Of a DNA stretch of 64,000 bases, positions 38,934 through 51,285 are shown one piece after another. The stretch covers positions 49,786,001 through 49,850,000 of the forward strand of contig NC_042997.1 in assembly GCF_006345805.1 (NCBI RefSeq), read 5' to 3'. Under the pieces are notes generated by a model. That model searched no databases. It was not told where the DNA came from and saw only the letters and a list, made by a program, of their open reading frames with translations. The stretch's first letter is position 1. Each line of letters opens with the position of its first letter. The DNA is from Octopus sinensis. Its lineage: Eukaryota. A program made the position numbers and the translations under genes.

Positions 38934-39789
38934 AATAATCCATTTACACCATTTATACTATTTCTTGTTCCTTCTTCGTGCAAATTATGTGATAGTTCTA
39001 CTTAACATATCTAACAATATAATAACAAATAACACATATCTAACAATAACACAAAAAGAGACAGAGTCAATGGGAGAGAAAGAGAGGAGGAGTTGATTTT
39101 CTGTTTTTTTTACATTGACCTAGCTCCGTATATAGATTCGCCATACTGTCCAATAAAGAAAGTATTTTCCGATCTTGACCTCTGATGTTATGATGAAAAT
39201 ATTATGTCAGCCATTTTGTAGTTTTATAATAGTGAATTTTGTATTTTTCGTTATCTTTTCTTATTACGTTTGCCTGTTTTTTTTTTATTAAATGTTTGTT
39301 AATTTTTATTTTATGCTTCTTTCTGTTTCGTTGTTGACTTTTTATTTTTATTTTTATTTTGTCTAAGAATGCAATGAAATAAAAAAGTAAGACGGACAAA
39401 AATAAAAGATAGAGGAATGGAGGAGGGGAAGGAGAAAAGAAAAAGAAGACGAAGGAATATAGAGAGACAGAAAGAAAAAGAAAGATGGAAAAAGGAGAGA
39501 AAAAGCAAACAGAAGCTCAGCAGGGAAGAGAATAGAGAAACAAAAAGGAGAAAGAGAAAAGGAAGAAAGTAGAGGAAAAAGACACCTTCTCATTAAATAA
39601 GCAACAGGTTTGAGTGTAGGTGATAATTGTATATTTATTAATCTATCAGACCAGTTATTCCAGTTTATTTTTCTCTCTTGAGTCCTTCCTTCTATGCAAG
39701 GTTTTTCTTTCTTTATCTGTTTTTGATTATCCTTTCTTACCGAGTTTTTACCAGACATATTCCTCTCATATACTTCTCTCTTTCTATCA

Positions 39790-39929
39790 GTATCTATTTT
39801 CGGACATACCTATCTACACACAAGCTCACATACGTACGTACTTACGTACATACATACATACATACACACATACACATACATACATACATACATACATACA
39901 TACATACATACCATACATACATACATACA

Positions 39930-39961
<32 letters not shown>

Positions 39962-40180
39962 CATATATACATACACATACACATATATACATACATACAT
40001 ACATACATACACCTACATACATGTATACATATATGCACATACACATACATACATATACATTCACATATATGCATACATACAAGCATACATACATACATAC
40101 ATACATACATACATACATACATACATACAAGCATACATACATACGTACATACGTACATACATACATACGTACACACATAC
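39790..40180. repeat. (TACA)n-rich microsatellite
   Basis: Directly visible. Confidence 0.9.
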
Positions 40181-40184
40181 ATGC

Positions 40185-40862
40185 CTACTAGCTACTTGCC
40201 GACCATTTGTATACGTGATTTGTCTGTTCACATTTTTAACCAGCCGCTTGGACTACTGCTCCCAACTATGGCCACCACACAATATAAAGTTAACAACAGA
40301 ACTCGAAGCAATCCAGCGAAGCTACACTATGGAGATCGTGTCAATGCAATATATCAGCGACAGGGGAAAGACTGAAAGTATTAAAACTCTTCTCCCTGGA
40401 ACGAAGGCGGGAGAGATATGCAGTGATATACATCTGGAAAATCCTGGAGGGTCTTGTCGCGAATTTTGGCATTGAAAGTTACCGCAACAGCAGAACAGGG
40501 CGCCACTGCATGCTGCCAAAGATCCAAACATCATCATCAAAATACAGGACCAGATACTGCAACAGCTTGGGTTTCAGGGGACCACAGCTCTTCAATATCC
40601 TTCCTAAATGCCTGAGAGACCTGCATGGTGTGGATGTGGGTTTCTTTAAAACTAAACTGGATCTCTTCTTGTCAGGGGTTCCAGATGAACCTACCTCTCG
40701 GCAGGAAACACTGATGCGGGCAGCGGCGTCGAACTCCCTTGTTGACCAAGTGCTACGTATCAGAGGTGGTTTCACATACTAGTGTAGCTCATTCAACGGT
40801 GGTGCCCCAGCATGGACGCAGCTTTCGGGCTGAAACAATTTTAAGGATTTAAGGATTTAAGC
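40185..40862 (+). mobile_element. 3' end of a CR1/L2-group LINE (frameshifted ORF2 C-terminus, 3' UTR, repeat tail)
   Basis: SRLDYCSQLWPP..ELEAIQRSYT, LKLFSLERRRERYAVIYIWKILEGL, SLGFRGPQLFNILP and FKTKLDLFLSGVPDEP; tail (atttaagg)n. Confidence 0.88.
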
Positions 40863-41069
40863 ACTTGATTATACGTGTGTGAGTGTATATGTATATCCGT
40901 GTGTGTGTTGTGTGCCTTTTGTGTGTGTTTGTGCGTGTGTTTGTGCGTGCGTGTGTATGTGTTGTGTATGTATATATATGTATAACTGTATATATATGTA
41001 TAACTGTATATATATGTATAACTGTATACATATACATGTAATATACATAACTACATGCATACATCATTT

Positions 41070-41290
41070 ATCTTTTTCTTGTTTCAGTCATTAGACTGCG
41101 GCCATGCTGGGGCACCGCCTTGAAGCTTTAGTCAAATGAATCGACCCGAGTGCTTATTTATTTAAGCTTGGTACTTATTCTATCGGTAACTTTTGCAGAA
41201 CCCATAATTTAAGGGACGTAAACATGCCAACACTGGTCATCAAATCGTTGTGAGGAGAGAAACTCAGACACAAAGACACGCTCACACACA
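41070..41290 (-). mobile_element. SINE family A, 3' half
   Basis: cttgtttcagtcattagactgcggccatgctggggcaccgcc. Confidence 0.8.
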
Positions 41291-41292
41291 CA

Positions 41293-41344
<52 letters not shown>

Positions 41345-41424
41345 AGCATATATATATATATGAGATATTTAGAAATATAATATTTCTATTTTTGGTGATC
41401 AGTGAATTTACTTCACTGAAATTA

Positions 41425-41479
<55 letters not shown>

Positions 41480-41484
41480 TGTGT

Positions 41485-41527
<43 letters not shown>

Positions 41528-41569
41528 ACAAAGTCTAGACGGGTATCTTCAGCTAGCAGGCCATGCTAC

Positions 41570-41612
41570 TCCAGACTGACGACGAGCAACGACTCAGAAA
41601 CATGTGTCCGGA
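41570..41612 (+). ncRNA. Degenerate hammerhead-like motif
   Basis: tccaga CTGACGA c gag caacga ctc a GAAA catg T G tccgga; G at the cleavage position and a stem I mismatch. Confidence 0.4.
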
Positions 41613-41803
41613 TGCAGGCTTAGCTGGATGGGGGTGCTTGTCTCCCCTTTGTAAACATAAGGACACAGAAAATGTGTCAAGGCTGACAGGAAGCGTTGAT
41701 GTGATTCCCTTTATGGGACTGTCACGTTAGTTGTCAGTATACAACTGCTCTGTCATCCCACCACTGCTTATATCTTTATTTAGAAATTTAATATTTATAT
41801 ATA

Positions 41804-42012
41804 TATATTAAATTAGAGATAAAACCACTATTAGGCAAATCATACAATGAAAAACTTACGCCAATACATAAGATCGTAGTGTTATACTAATTATCTTTTT
41901 TTAATAATTTTGATATATATTTAAATAATATTAATTAATTAATCTTATGTATTGGCTTAAGTTTTTCATTGTATGATTTGCCTAATAGTGGTTTTATCTC
42001 TAATTTAATATA
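41804..42012. repeat. 71-bp-arm inverted repeat (67-nt spacer), probable inverted PLE terminus
   Basis: Arms 41804-41874 and 41942-42012; one mismatch seen. Confidence 0.9.
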
Positions 42013-42195
42013 ATATAATATTTTACTATAAAATTGGATTCAATCCTAAATCTGATTTTTCCCTGTAAGTTTGGATTTATTCCCTAATATTTTATTATAT
42101 ATATATATTATATATATATATATATATAATATATATATATATATATAATATATATATATATATATACAATAATATGTTACATTACTCGATAGTCA

Positions 42196-42257
42196 AGATA
42201 AAACTCTGAGTTTCAGATGCCGAAGTGGAAATCCCAACACCATCTCTTCGGTTATCT
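42196..42257 (-). ncRNA. Hammerhead-like motif with CCGAAGA (U4C) core
   Basis: Reverse complement: agataa CCGAAGA gatg...catc t GAAA ctc a gag TT ttatct. Confidence 0.55.
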
Positions 42258-42619
42258 GGCTATTTGAAAACGTTATGAAAAATACCGTTATATAAAGGGA
42301 AATTACTGTGTTATAACTTTGCTTGCCTGCGTACTTATACATCGCTCGCATTTTTCGTCATAAAAATTATATAAAAATACATAAAAAATATATAAAAATA
42401 TATAAAATCTTCTTGGGACATAACATAGAAAGCATGTTCTATCTGTTTTCTTTAGGGGACCAAAAACGTAACAGAAATTTAGTCACGTGTGGGCATGATC
42501 CAAAAAGTTCTGTCCTTGTGTTTAGACATGTAGTAGGGTCTAAGCTGCTTTTCCAGATAAGCCATCTCTCCATGTTGCATAGACCGCACCTTCCGCTGCC
42601 GTTGGTATAGTTGTCTGTA

Positions 42620-42930
42620 AAAGACCATACCTGTTTCAAACGACTTAGTACACAAAGCTCATGCGATCCAAGATGGATGTCAGACAATCTTTACGGTCAA
42701 TCTTTACCTCAAAATTGTGGCCTCCAAACTCGCTGGATCCAAATCTCATGGACTACTACGCTCTTGGAAAGGAAAATAATCGATATCTTCACAATACCGT
42801 AGCGTCACTGAAGGCCGCAATTGTCCGGGTGACGTCCGCGATGAATGAGGAACATTTAGTGTAGGCATGTCAACGATTCCAGTCCCCCATTGAAGCAGTC
42901 ACAGAAGCTGAAGGCGAATTCATTGGATAA
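42620..42930 (+). pseudogene. maT/Tc1-like transposase C-terminal remnant
   Basis: RPYLFQ, WMSDNL, LWPPNSLDPNLMDYY, HNTVASLKAAIV and ACQRFQSPIEAVTEAEGEFI. Confidence 0.8.
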
Positions 42931-43809
42931 GAAAGCTTATCGAGATAATTTAACAATTTTTTTTATCAAAATACGTGGTTTTTGCAACATTAGGAGTTAT
43001 TTTCATTAAATTACCAATTATGTTCTCAAATACCTCCCACATTCTGTAGAGTTTCGTTGTCTTTCTAAATACAACAATTTATTCAAAACAATCCTAGTGT
43101 ACCCAACTGTCAAGAATAGGTACCAGATAATCTGGGAATGTTATACGAAATGAATTCGTTTTTACCCTAACCTGCCAAATAACCTCAGATCAAGTTTAGT
43201 ACCGGTTCTCAGGGTGTCCTTCGAACCTAGGGAATATTTGGCACGAATACGTGCAATTAAAGAGACGTAATCACCATTTGGGATACTAAAGTGTGAAAAT
43301 AGCCGTAAGACAACAGTGAGATAATATTGAATCTAACCTATTTTAAAGTATACTAAAAAGACCAGTCGGACTCCTTCAGAAATCATGTTAATTTTAAGCT
43401 GGAGAACATTAATTCAGTTCTTAACGAATCTGGGTGATACACGAAACAATTCTTGATCTCACAGCCTGTGTACTCAACAAATTTATTAGCAGTGTCCTAA
43501 TTGTTTTTTTAATACTGGTTTGAACAGCCAATATTTATTCTTTTACATGTTCCAGTCATTTTAACTGTGGTCATGCTGGAGCACCGCCTTACATTCTATT
43601 AAATATTTTATATTTTATGTCACTTGCTATGATGTTTCTTGATATTTTTATTATCTTGTATCAGAATAAAAGAAAATATATATTTTCGTTGTTGTTGTTT
43701 TTTTTGTTTTTTTTTGTTGGCTTCAGTCATTATTAGACGGGTGCTATGCTGGGGCACAGCCTCCATACATACACACACGTATACTTAGCTCTTTCACTTC
43801 TTATGGAAG

Positions 43810-44066
43810 AGATGTGTCCCACTAGTCGGTGGTCAATCAGCTGTTAATACCGTCGTCGTAGAGTAGAGGAATCGATATGGCGTAGCTGCTGATGCGCAGA
43901 CGTGGACTAAGGCTGCGACATCTACAAAGATATCTAGACGGTGAACAGGTGTGGACAGGCACATCTTTCCACAGTTCATCTCTTTGACAGAGCTACGATC
44001 CTGGGTTAAACGAAGACCGAGACTGATGGGACCTAGAATCTGGAATGCTGTCAAGTGCTTACATCC
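43810..44066 (-). pseudogene. Degenerate RTE LINE 3' end
   Basis: QDRSS and CGKMCLS resemble the RTE C-terminal DRS.WR and C..CGR.C.S motifs. Confidence 0.45.
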
Positions 44067-44074
44067 TTCTAGAG

Positions 44075-44291
44075 CAGGGGTGGGCAAACTTTTTTGATCG
44101 CGTCTTTTTTGATCGCGTCTTTGGAACCTTGGCGGGCCTCATTTATAAAAATCAAGTGAAAATATTGTGAATTACCGTACAGTTACGAAGTATCTGCATA
44201 GAAGTTGGGATTCATAAAAGCTCTCGGCGGGCCGCATGAAAACCTATGGCGGGCCGCATGCGGCCCGCGGGCCGTAGTTTGCCCACCCCTG
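44075..44291. mobile_element. hAT (Charlie-type) MITE, 217 bp
   Basis: TIR caggggtgggcaaac / gtttgcccacccctg; perfect 8-bp TSD ttctagag (44067-44074, 44292-44299); repeated gcgggcc subterminal motifs; 15-bp internal tandem duplication. Confidence 0.96.
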
Positions 44292-44627
44292 TTCTAGAGC
44301 CTTCCAGAAGGCTCTGAAATAGAAAATTAAAAATGCCCGAAACAAAAACATTTCCTCTCACGTTATGACTCACTCTGAATGAAATTGATGAAGGTTCCAG
44401 AAATTATCTCAACTCTGAAATCCTTTTACATTATGTCTTTGGTAGAAGAACAAAGAATATCTGGGGACGATAGAAAAATGAGTGATTTTACTTTTCATGA
44501 ATTAGTGACAATGAGGAAAGGATTGAAAAATTCATTTATTTCCTTAAAGTGCATAAATTCATTACTATATAATTTGTGATGAGACATAAAAGGGAAAAAT
44601 ATATCTAATACCTCACTGGTATGGCTA

Positions 44628-45016
44628 GGTGCAGACGTGGCTGTGTGGTTAAGAAGCCCATCTGCAACGACATGGTTTCAGGTTCGGTCCTACTGCTTAG
44701 CACCTTGGGCAAGTGTCTTCTTCTAGTACTGGGTTAACCAGCGACATATGAATGAATTTGGTAAACGGGAACTGTATGGAAACCCGTTGTGCGGTGTTGG
44801 GGAGTACATATATGTGTGTGTATCCTTATGTTTTAATTTGTTTTTCCACCGACTGGCAACCGGTTTGGGCTTGTTTACGACCCATAACTTAAAACTGGAA
44901 GAATAAGTAACCAGAGCTTGAATATAAGTTTTGGGGTCGATTTGATCGACTGTATACTTCAATATAGTGCCCAGCATGGCTGCTGTCCAATGACTGAAAC
45001 AAGTAAATGTAAATGA
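44628..45016 (+). mobile_element. Older SINE family A copy
   Basis: ggtgcagacgtggctgtgtggttaagaagc...gtgcccagcatggctgctgtccaatgactgaaacaagtaa. Confidence 0.8.
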
Positions 45017-45045
45017 CAGAAGATTAAAAACAACCTATAAACATA

Positions 45046-45428
45046 GGCGCAGGAGTGGCTGTGTGGTAAGTAGCTTGCTTACCAACCACATGGTTCCGGG
45101 TTCAGTGCATGGCACCTTGGGCAAGTGTCTTCTACTATAGCCTCGGCCCGACCAAAGCCTTGTGAGTGGATTTGGTAAGCAGAAACTGAAAAACGCCTGT
45201 CATATATGTGTGTGTGTGTGTGTGTGTGTTTATTTTTGTCCCCCCTCTCACCATCGCTTGACAACCGATGCTAGTGTGTTTACATCCCCGTCACTTAGCG
45301 GTTCGGCAAAAGAAACCAATAGAATAAGTACTAGGATTACAAAGAATAAGTCCTGGGGTCGATTTGCTCGACTAAAGGCGGTGCTCCAGCATGGCTGCAG
45401 TCAAATGACTGAAGCAAGTAAAAGAGTA
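45046..45428 (+). mobile_element. SINE family A, full length
   Basis: ggcgcaggagtggctgtgtggtaagtagc...gcggtgctccagcatggctgcagtcaaatgactgaagcaagtaaaagag. Confidence 0.92.
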
Positions 45429-45603
45429 TTGGGAGAAGAATCAAAAGACAATTGGGAAAAAGAAAAAAAGAAAAAGGGTAAATGAGACAAGGTTAAAGGT
45501 TATGGGTTTATTAATCAAGCGTGAGAAGACAGAAAATTTACGCTGAACCAGATTGGTAGTTCACTGTGCAATGATTGCGTTTAGTCACGGAATATTGATA
45601 AGG

Positions 45604-45604
<1 letters not shown>

Positions 45605-45660
<56 letters not shown>

Positions 45661-45702
45661 TAATAATAATAATAATAGATAATAATAATAATAATAATAA
45701 TA

Positions 45703-45736
<34 letters not shown>
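45605..45736. repeat. (TAA)n trinucleotide array
   Basis: Directly visible. Confidence 0.97.
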
Positions 45737-46846
45737 CATTGTTTTGCTTATCTACTTCTTCAACATTATCGTCATTGTTATCATCGTCGTCGTGGTCGTT
45801 TTGTTCTTCTTCTTCGTCGCTGTCATCATCATCATCACTGTAGGCAGACCTAGATTGATAGTGTGTGTGTGTGTGACTCTGTGTGTTGTGTGTGTGTGTG
45901 TGTGTATACGGTGCCGAAATTGATTTTTCTCACGCAAAAATCATTATCAACCATCTATCTATTTTTTGCATTCTCTTCAACACCTTCACCACCACCGACC
46001 CCCACCACTACAACATCACCAACACCACCACCACCATCGCGAACATGGTCATTATTATTCAGCTCATCATCATCATCACCATTTTTTTCGATTATTAAAC
46101 ATGACCACCACCACAAGCTCCGTCGTCATCATCACTGAACAGTACGAATAAAGGCTCAATGTACCCCGGTTCTCTGTACCTAACGCATTCATTCAATGTG
46201 CATCTCGTAGTAAATGAAATTCCAAACTTTCAACACGCTTTTGCTTTTTTTTTTATAATATTTTACATATTTTTTTTAAAATCCTTAGCGGGACCTATCT
46301 CTGTGTTTCATTTTAAACATTTGTCACAGGGGCGCGCAGATGATGATGATGATGAGGGGAGGAGGAGGATTGATGGTGTAGAGTGACGAAATTGAATTTT
46401 CTCATGCAAAAGTTATCACCTACCTACTCCCCCTTTCTCATCATAATAATCATCGTCGTCGTCATCATCATCATCAACATTATCCTCCTCCTCATCATCA
46501 TCATCATCATCGCGCTGATTCAGCAGAATCGACGCGACACATTGTAACACGGTGTGTGCTTGGAATTACAATGGGTAAACGGAATTTCGGTTGGAAAACT
46601 TTTATTTTTATTTTTGTTCTTTTTTTAAAGCATTATTCGCATTTTTTATGCCAGATTTATTTTTTTTCTTCGTGTAAAGAAAGTACGGCTGAATGGTTTA
46701 GATGTTCGCTTTGCAATTACAAGGTCCCGCGTTCGCTACCGTGGCGTGGTATTTTAAGCAAACGTCATTTTCTATAGCCTCCCTTCGACGACATACTTTG
46801 TGAGGAAAATTGAATACAGGGAAACTGTGTACAAGCCCTTCAAAAA

Positions 46847-47238
46847 GAGTGTGCCCCTAATTCAAAGTTCTAGCCTTGTCACGCTGATTTGGCTTCAGAA
46901 TTACGAGGGGGTGCTGGTAAGTTGCTGGCTTTGGGGGAAAAGAAAATACAAAATAATGATTTTATTCAACATATTCTCCTCTCAGAGTCGTACACTTATT
47001 GCAGCGGTCCTTCAGTTTTTCTAAGCACTGTAAAAGAACTCGGAGTGTGCCTCTAATTCAAAGTTCTAGCCTTGTCACGCTGATTTGGCTTCAGAATTAC
47101 GAGGGGATGCTGGTAAGTTGCTGGCTTTGGGGGAAAAGAAAATACAAAATAATGATTTTATTCAACATATTCTCCTCTCAGAGTCGTACACTTATTGCAG
47201 CGGTCCTTCAGTTTTTCTAAGCACTGTAAAAGAACTCG
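46847..47238 (+). repeat. 196-bp tandem duplication including part of a MITE and its flank
   Basis: Units start with gagtgtgcc at 46847 and 47043 and are near identical. Confidence 0.92.
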
Positions 47239-47303
47239 GAGGGTTGGGCCTCCGACCAGGTCTTTCTCGATACCTTTAAAGCCAGGAACTTTTCAGCACC
47301 AAC

Positions 47304-47307
<4 letters not shown>
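47100..47307. mobile_element. Mariner-type MITE
   Basis: TA|cgaggggatgctggtaagttgctggcttt ... aaagccaggaacttttcagcaccaacctca|TA. Confidence 0.88.
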
Positions 47308-47345
<38 letters not shown>

Positions 47346-47539
47346 TGTGAAATAGAAAGATGAATAATCTTGTAGTAGATTAATCAAAAGTTTAACCGAT
47401 ACCTTAGTAGCAAAAATCACAGCAGTGAACAGCACGGTTGGAGGTACAACCATCTGGCGTTGCAACCGTGCGTTGGTGCGGATAATTGAAATTAAAACAT
47501 TCAATTCACCAATAATGTTTATATATATATATATATACA

Positions 47540-47750
47540 TTCAAAATGTAACCGTGTGTGTACCGTTGGCGATTTTTTTCCTCTGTCTCCCCTTCTCTGG
47601 ATCTTTCCTTCTCCTATGTTTCCGACGAAGAGCTCCGCTCGAAACGGTAAACCCTCCTTCTTTCCTTCTTCCTGAGCGTCCAATAATACTCTATTTGTTC
47701 CACGTCCTCGCGTTGTTGTGTTTTTTGTGCTTTTTGTTTGGATTAACTAT
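47540..47750 (+). mobile_element. (TA)n-flanked short element with hammerhead-like motif (PLE-type terminus)
   Basis: Homologous to 61770-62000. Confidence 0.7.
47618..47652 (+). ncRNA. Minimal hammerhead-like motif, U4C core, mutated cleavage site
   Basis: gttt CCGACGA a gagc tcc gctc GAAA cg GT aaac. Confidence 0.45.
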
Positions 47751-47758
47751 ATATATAT

Positions 47759-47845
<87 letters not shown>

Positions 47846-47881
47846 CATATATATATATAACATACATACATACATACATAC

Positions 47882-48039
47882 ATGATTTTATTGAACATAT
47901 TTCTCCTTCAGATTCACACACTTATTGCAGCTGTCTTTCAGTTTTTCAAAACCCTGTAAAAGAACTCGGAAGGTTGATCCTCCGAGCAGGCCTTTCGCGA
48001 TACCCTTGAAGCAAGCAACCTCTCAGCACTCTCTCGTAT
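47882..48039. mobile_element. Right part of a mariner-type MITE
   Basis: atgattttattgaacat...gtaaaagaactcgg...ctcagcactctctcg|TA. Confidence 0.75.
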
Positions 48040-48050
48040 ATCAAGGTTGT

Positions 48051-48364
48051 GAAGGCGAGTGGCTTAGTGGTTAGGGTATTCGGTTCGCGATCTTAAGGTC
48101 GTGAGTTCGATTCCCAGTGGTGCGCTGTGTTCTTGAGCAAGACATTTTATTTCACGTTGCTGCATTCCACTCAGCTGGCAAAAATGAGTTGTACCTGTAT
48201 TTCAAAGAGCCAGTTTTTCCACACTCTGTGTGTCACGCTGAATCTTCCTAACAACTACGTTAAGAGTACGCATGTCTGTCGAGTGCTCGGCAACTTGCAC
48301 GTTAATTTCACGAGCAAGCTGTTCCGTTGACCAACACGTCATCGTAACCGACGAAGAGCCAGTT
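48051..48364 (+). mobile_element. SINE family D
   Basis: gaaggcgagtggcttagtggttagggtattcgg...gtgagttcgattccc...ttcttgagcaagaca. Confidence 0.88.
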
Positions 48365-48789
48365 ATAGTTCTATGTTAAGGTTACAAGAATACATGAAAT
48401 ACTCAGCCACTGGGTATGGTAGTTCAGTTGACTGAACAATTCATGATCAAATTCTTGTGGTCGGACAGATCTACATTTTACTTATGATACGTGGTGCATA
48501 TAGGGTTGGTATCTGCAACATAGACTTCAAGATCCTGAAAGCCATTGACTTGTTTGCCATCGTTGAACAAATTGCCAGGTGGATTTCATCTTCTTCATTG
48601 ATGGTCATGCATTCAGTCTTTTGTTTGGCATTGAGAAACAGACTGATCTTGATGACTGCGGCTTTCTCAAAGAGTGCTAACGAGTCTAGTGGATCACACA
48701 GTTGATGAGCTATGAGGCGAAAGTTTCATCAAAGTCAGGATCACAGAGATGCAAGGTCGGCTGACGTCTTGGATATCTTGTATTGTTTA

Positions 48790-49015
48790 TTTTACATGCT
48801 TCAGTCATTAGACTACGGCCATTCTGAGGCACCATCTTGAAGAATTTTAGTCGAAAAAATCAACACCAGTTTTTTTAAAAGCCTAGTACTTATTCTATCA
48901 GCTTCTATTGCTGAACTGCTAAGTTACGGGGACGTTGACACACCAACACCGATTATCAAGCAGTGGCGGGGGACAAAGACAAACAGACACACACACACAT
49001 ACACGCGCACACACA

Positions 49016-49088
<73 letters not shown>

Positions 49089-49211
49089 TTCTGTCAGTCT
49101 CCGGCAACTGAATCCAACAAGGCATTTGCCCAAGATACCACACGGTGGAATTGAACCCGAAACCATGTAGCTGGGAAGCAAACTTCTTAACCATACTGCT
49201 ACGCTGGCGCC
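48790..49211 (-). mobile_element. SINE family A nested in the RTE
   Basis: cttcagtcattagactacggccattctgaggcacc tail, (CA)n slot, ccatactgctacgctggcgcc head. Confidence 0.82.
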
Positions 49212-49421
49212 TACAAAGTCAAGATAAGATCGAATCTCCGCTGCCATCACAGGAAGAAGAGCTAGGGTGTCTACCTGAAGGATTTTTGCTGCCTTTGGAG
49301 ACCCTTTTGTCGGGTTCTGATGATGCTTTGATTGTCTCGTATGGGATGCCGTTGTGCACTGAGATATGTAACATGGGCGCGTTTGTTGACACTACCAAAT
49401 GCCTTGGAGCAATCCACAAGT

Positions 49422-49764
49422 GTCTGAGACCCGCCTTCGGTCACGACACTGACCATGGAATTGCACCAAGAAAGTTACCCTCCCAAGCACAAGTCCGGGC
49501 AAGGTTGTTTATGGAAGACCAGCAGTCGCCCATGCATACCGGCTTCCCCTCTCCACGCCACCAGTGTTATCCAAGGGAAAGGCAATGGCCGATACAGCTT
49601 GGCGCCTGTGACGTCGCAACTCATTTCTACAGCTGAGTGAACTGGAGCAACGTGAAGTAAAATGTCTTGCTCAAGAACACAACACGCAACCCGGTCCGGG
49701 ATTCGAGCTCACAACCTCACGATCGTAAGGTCGATGCTCTAACCACTGAACCATGCGCCTTAAC
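49422..49764 (-). mobile_element. SINE family C nested in the RTE with a 10-bp TSD-like repeat
   Basis: Flanks atccacaagt (49412-49421) and atccgcaagt (49765-49774). Confidence 0.88.
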
Positions 49765-50307
49765 ATCCGCAAGTATAATTGATGTCTTTTGCATGGAAAT
49801 TTCAGGAATTTCAGGAAATTTCTATGATTATTTTAAGCAAGAAGCTACAGAATTTTTGATCAGTCTTGGCGGAAGATGTTTTGGTTCCATCGTAGGGTAG
49901 GACCAATATGAGGGGCGAATTCTAAGGGACTGAGAGTTATGAGTTTATGAGGCTAGAGGTGAGAATGTAATTCTTTTCTAACTTTGAATGGGGGCGAAAA
50001 TCACTTTTCTTTCCCTGTGGAATAACTGAAGAATTCAAAAGGCTATTGACTGTTTTCCTTCACAGGTTTCGTTACATAACTCCAAGCACATACATATATA
50101 TATATATACACACAAATATACATATATCAGACACGCGTTGGCGGGTGTTCGCAAACACATATTTATGTACTTACACACACACATACGTGCACATACACAC
50201 ACTCACACCCATACACATAAACCACACGCTAAAAATAAATGTTGTTAGACGATATATTTAAATAACCTCCAATCTGGCCTTCCTGTTACAGTAAACATCG
50301 TGTTGTG

Positions 50308-51285
50308 TGTATGTATGTATGTATGTATGTATGTATGTATGTATGTATGTATGTATGTATGTATGTATGTATGCATGTATGTATGTATGTATGTATGTAT
50401 GTATGTATGTATGTATGCATGTATGTATGTATGTATGTATGCATGTATGTATGTATGTATGTATGTATGTATGCATGTATGTATGTATGTATGTATGTAG
50501 CATGTATGATGTATGTATGTATGTATGTATGTATGTATGCATGTATGTATGTATGTATGTATGTTGTATGTATGCATGTATGTATGTATGTATGTATGCA
50601 TGTATGTATGTATATGCATGTATGTATGTATGTAGTATGTATGCAATGTATGTATGTATGTATGCATGTATGTATGTTGTATGTATGTATGTATGGTATG
50701 TATGTATGTATGTATGTAGTGTATGCATGTATGTATGTATGTTTGTATGTATGTATGTATGTATGTATGTATGTATGTTATGTATGTATGTTGTATGTAT
50801 GTAGTATATAGTATGCATGTATGTATGTATGTATGTATGTATGTATGTATGTATGCATGTATGTATGTATGGTATGTATGCATGTATGTATGTATGTATG
50901 CCTGTATGTTGTATGTATGTATGTATGTATGTAGTATGTATGTATGTATGTATGTATGTACGTACGTATGTGAATATATATATATATGTATGTATGTATG
51001 CATGTATGTATGTATGTATGTATGTATGTATGTATGTATGTATGTATGTATGTATGTATGTATGGATGTATGTATGTATGTACGTACGTATGTGAATATA
51101 TATATATATGTATGTATGTATGCGTATATGTATGTATGTGTATGTATGCTGTATGTATGTATGTATGCATGTATGTAGTATGTATGTATGTATGTGTATG
51201 TATGCATGTATGTATGTATGTATGTATGCATGTATGTATGTATGTATGTATGTATGTATGTATGTATGTATGTATGTATGTTGTG
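50308..51285. repeat. About 1-kb imperfect (TATG)n array
   Basis: Directly visible. Confidence 0.98.

Larger units (their letters stand above)
48400..49900 (-). pseudogene. Fragmented RTE-clade reverse transcriptase interrupted by two SINEs
   Basis: In order on the - strand: NQNIFR, KIIIE, LVDCSKAFGSVN, ILQVDTLAL (QGD.L.P-like), DPDFDE (DFADD-like), EKAA...LFLNAKQKTECM. Confidence 0.78.
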
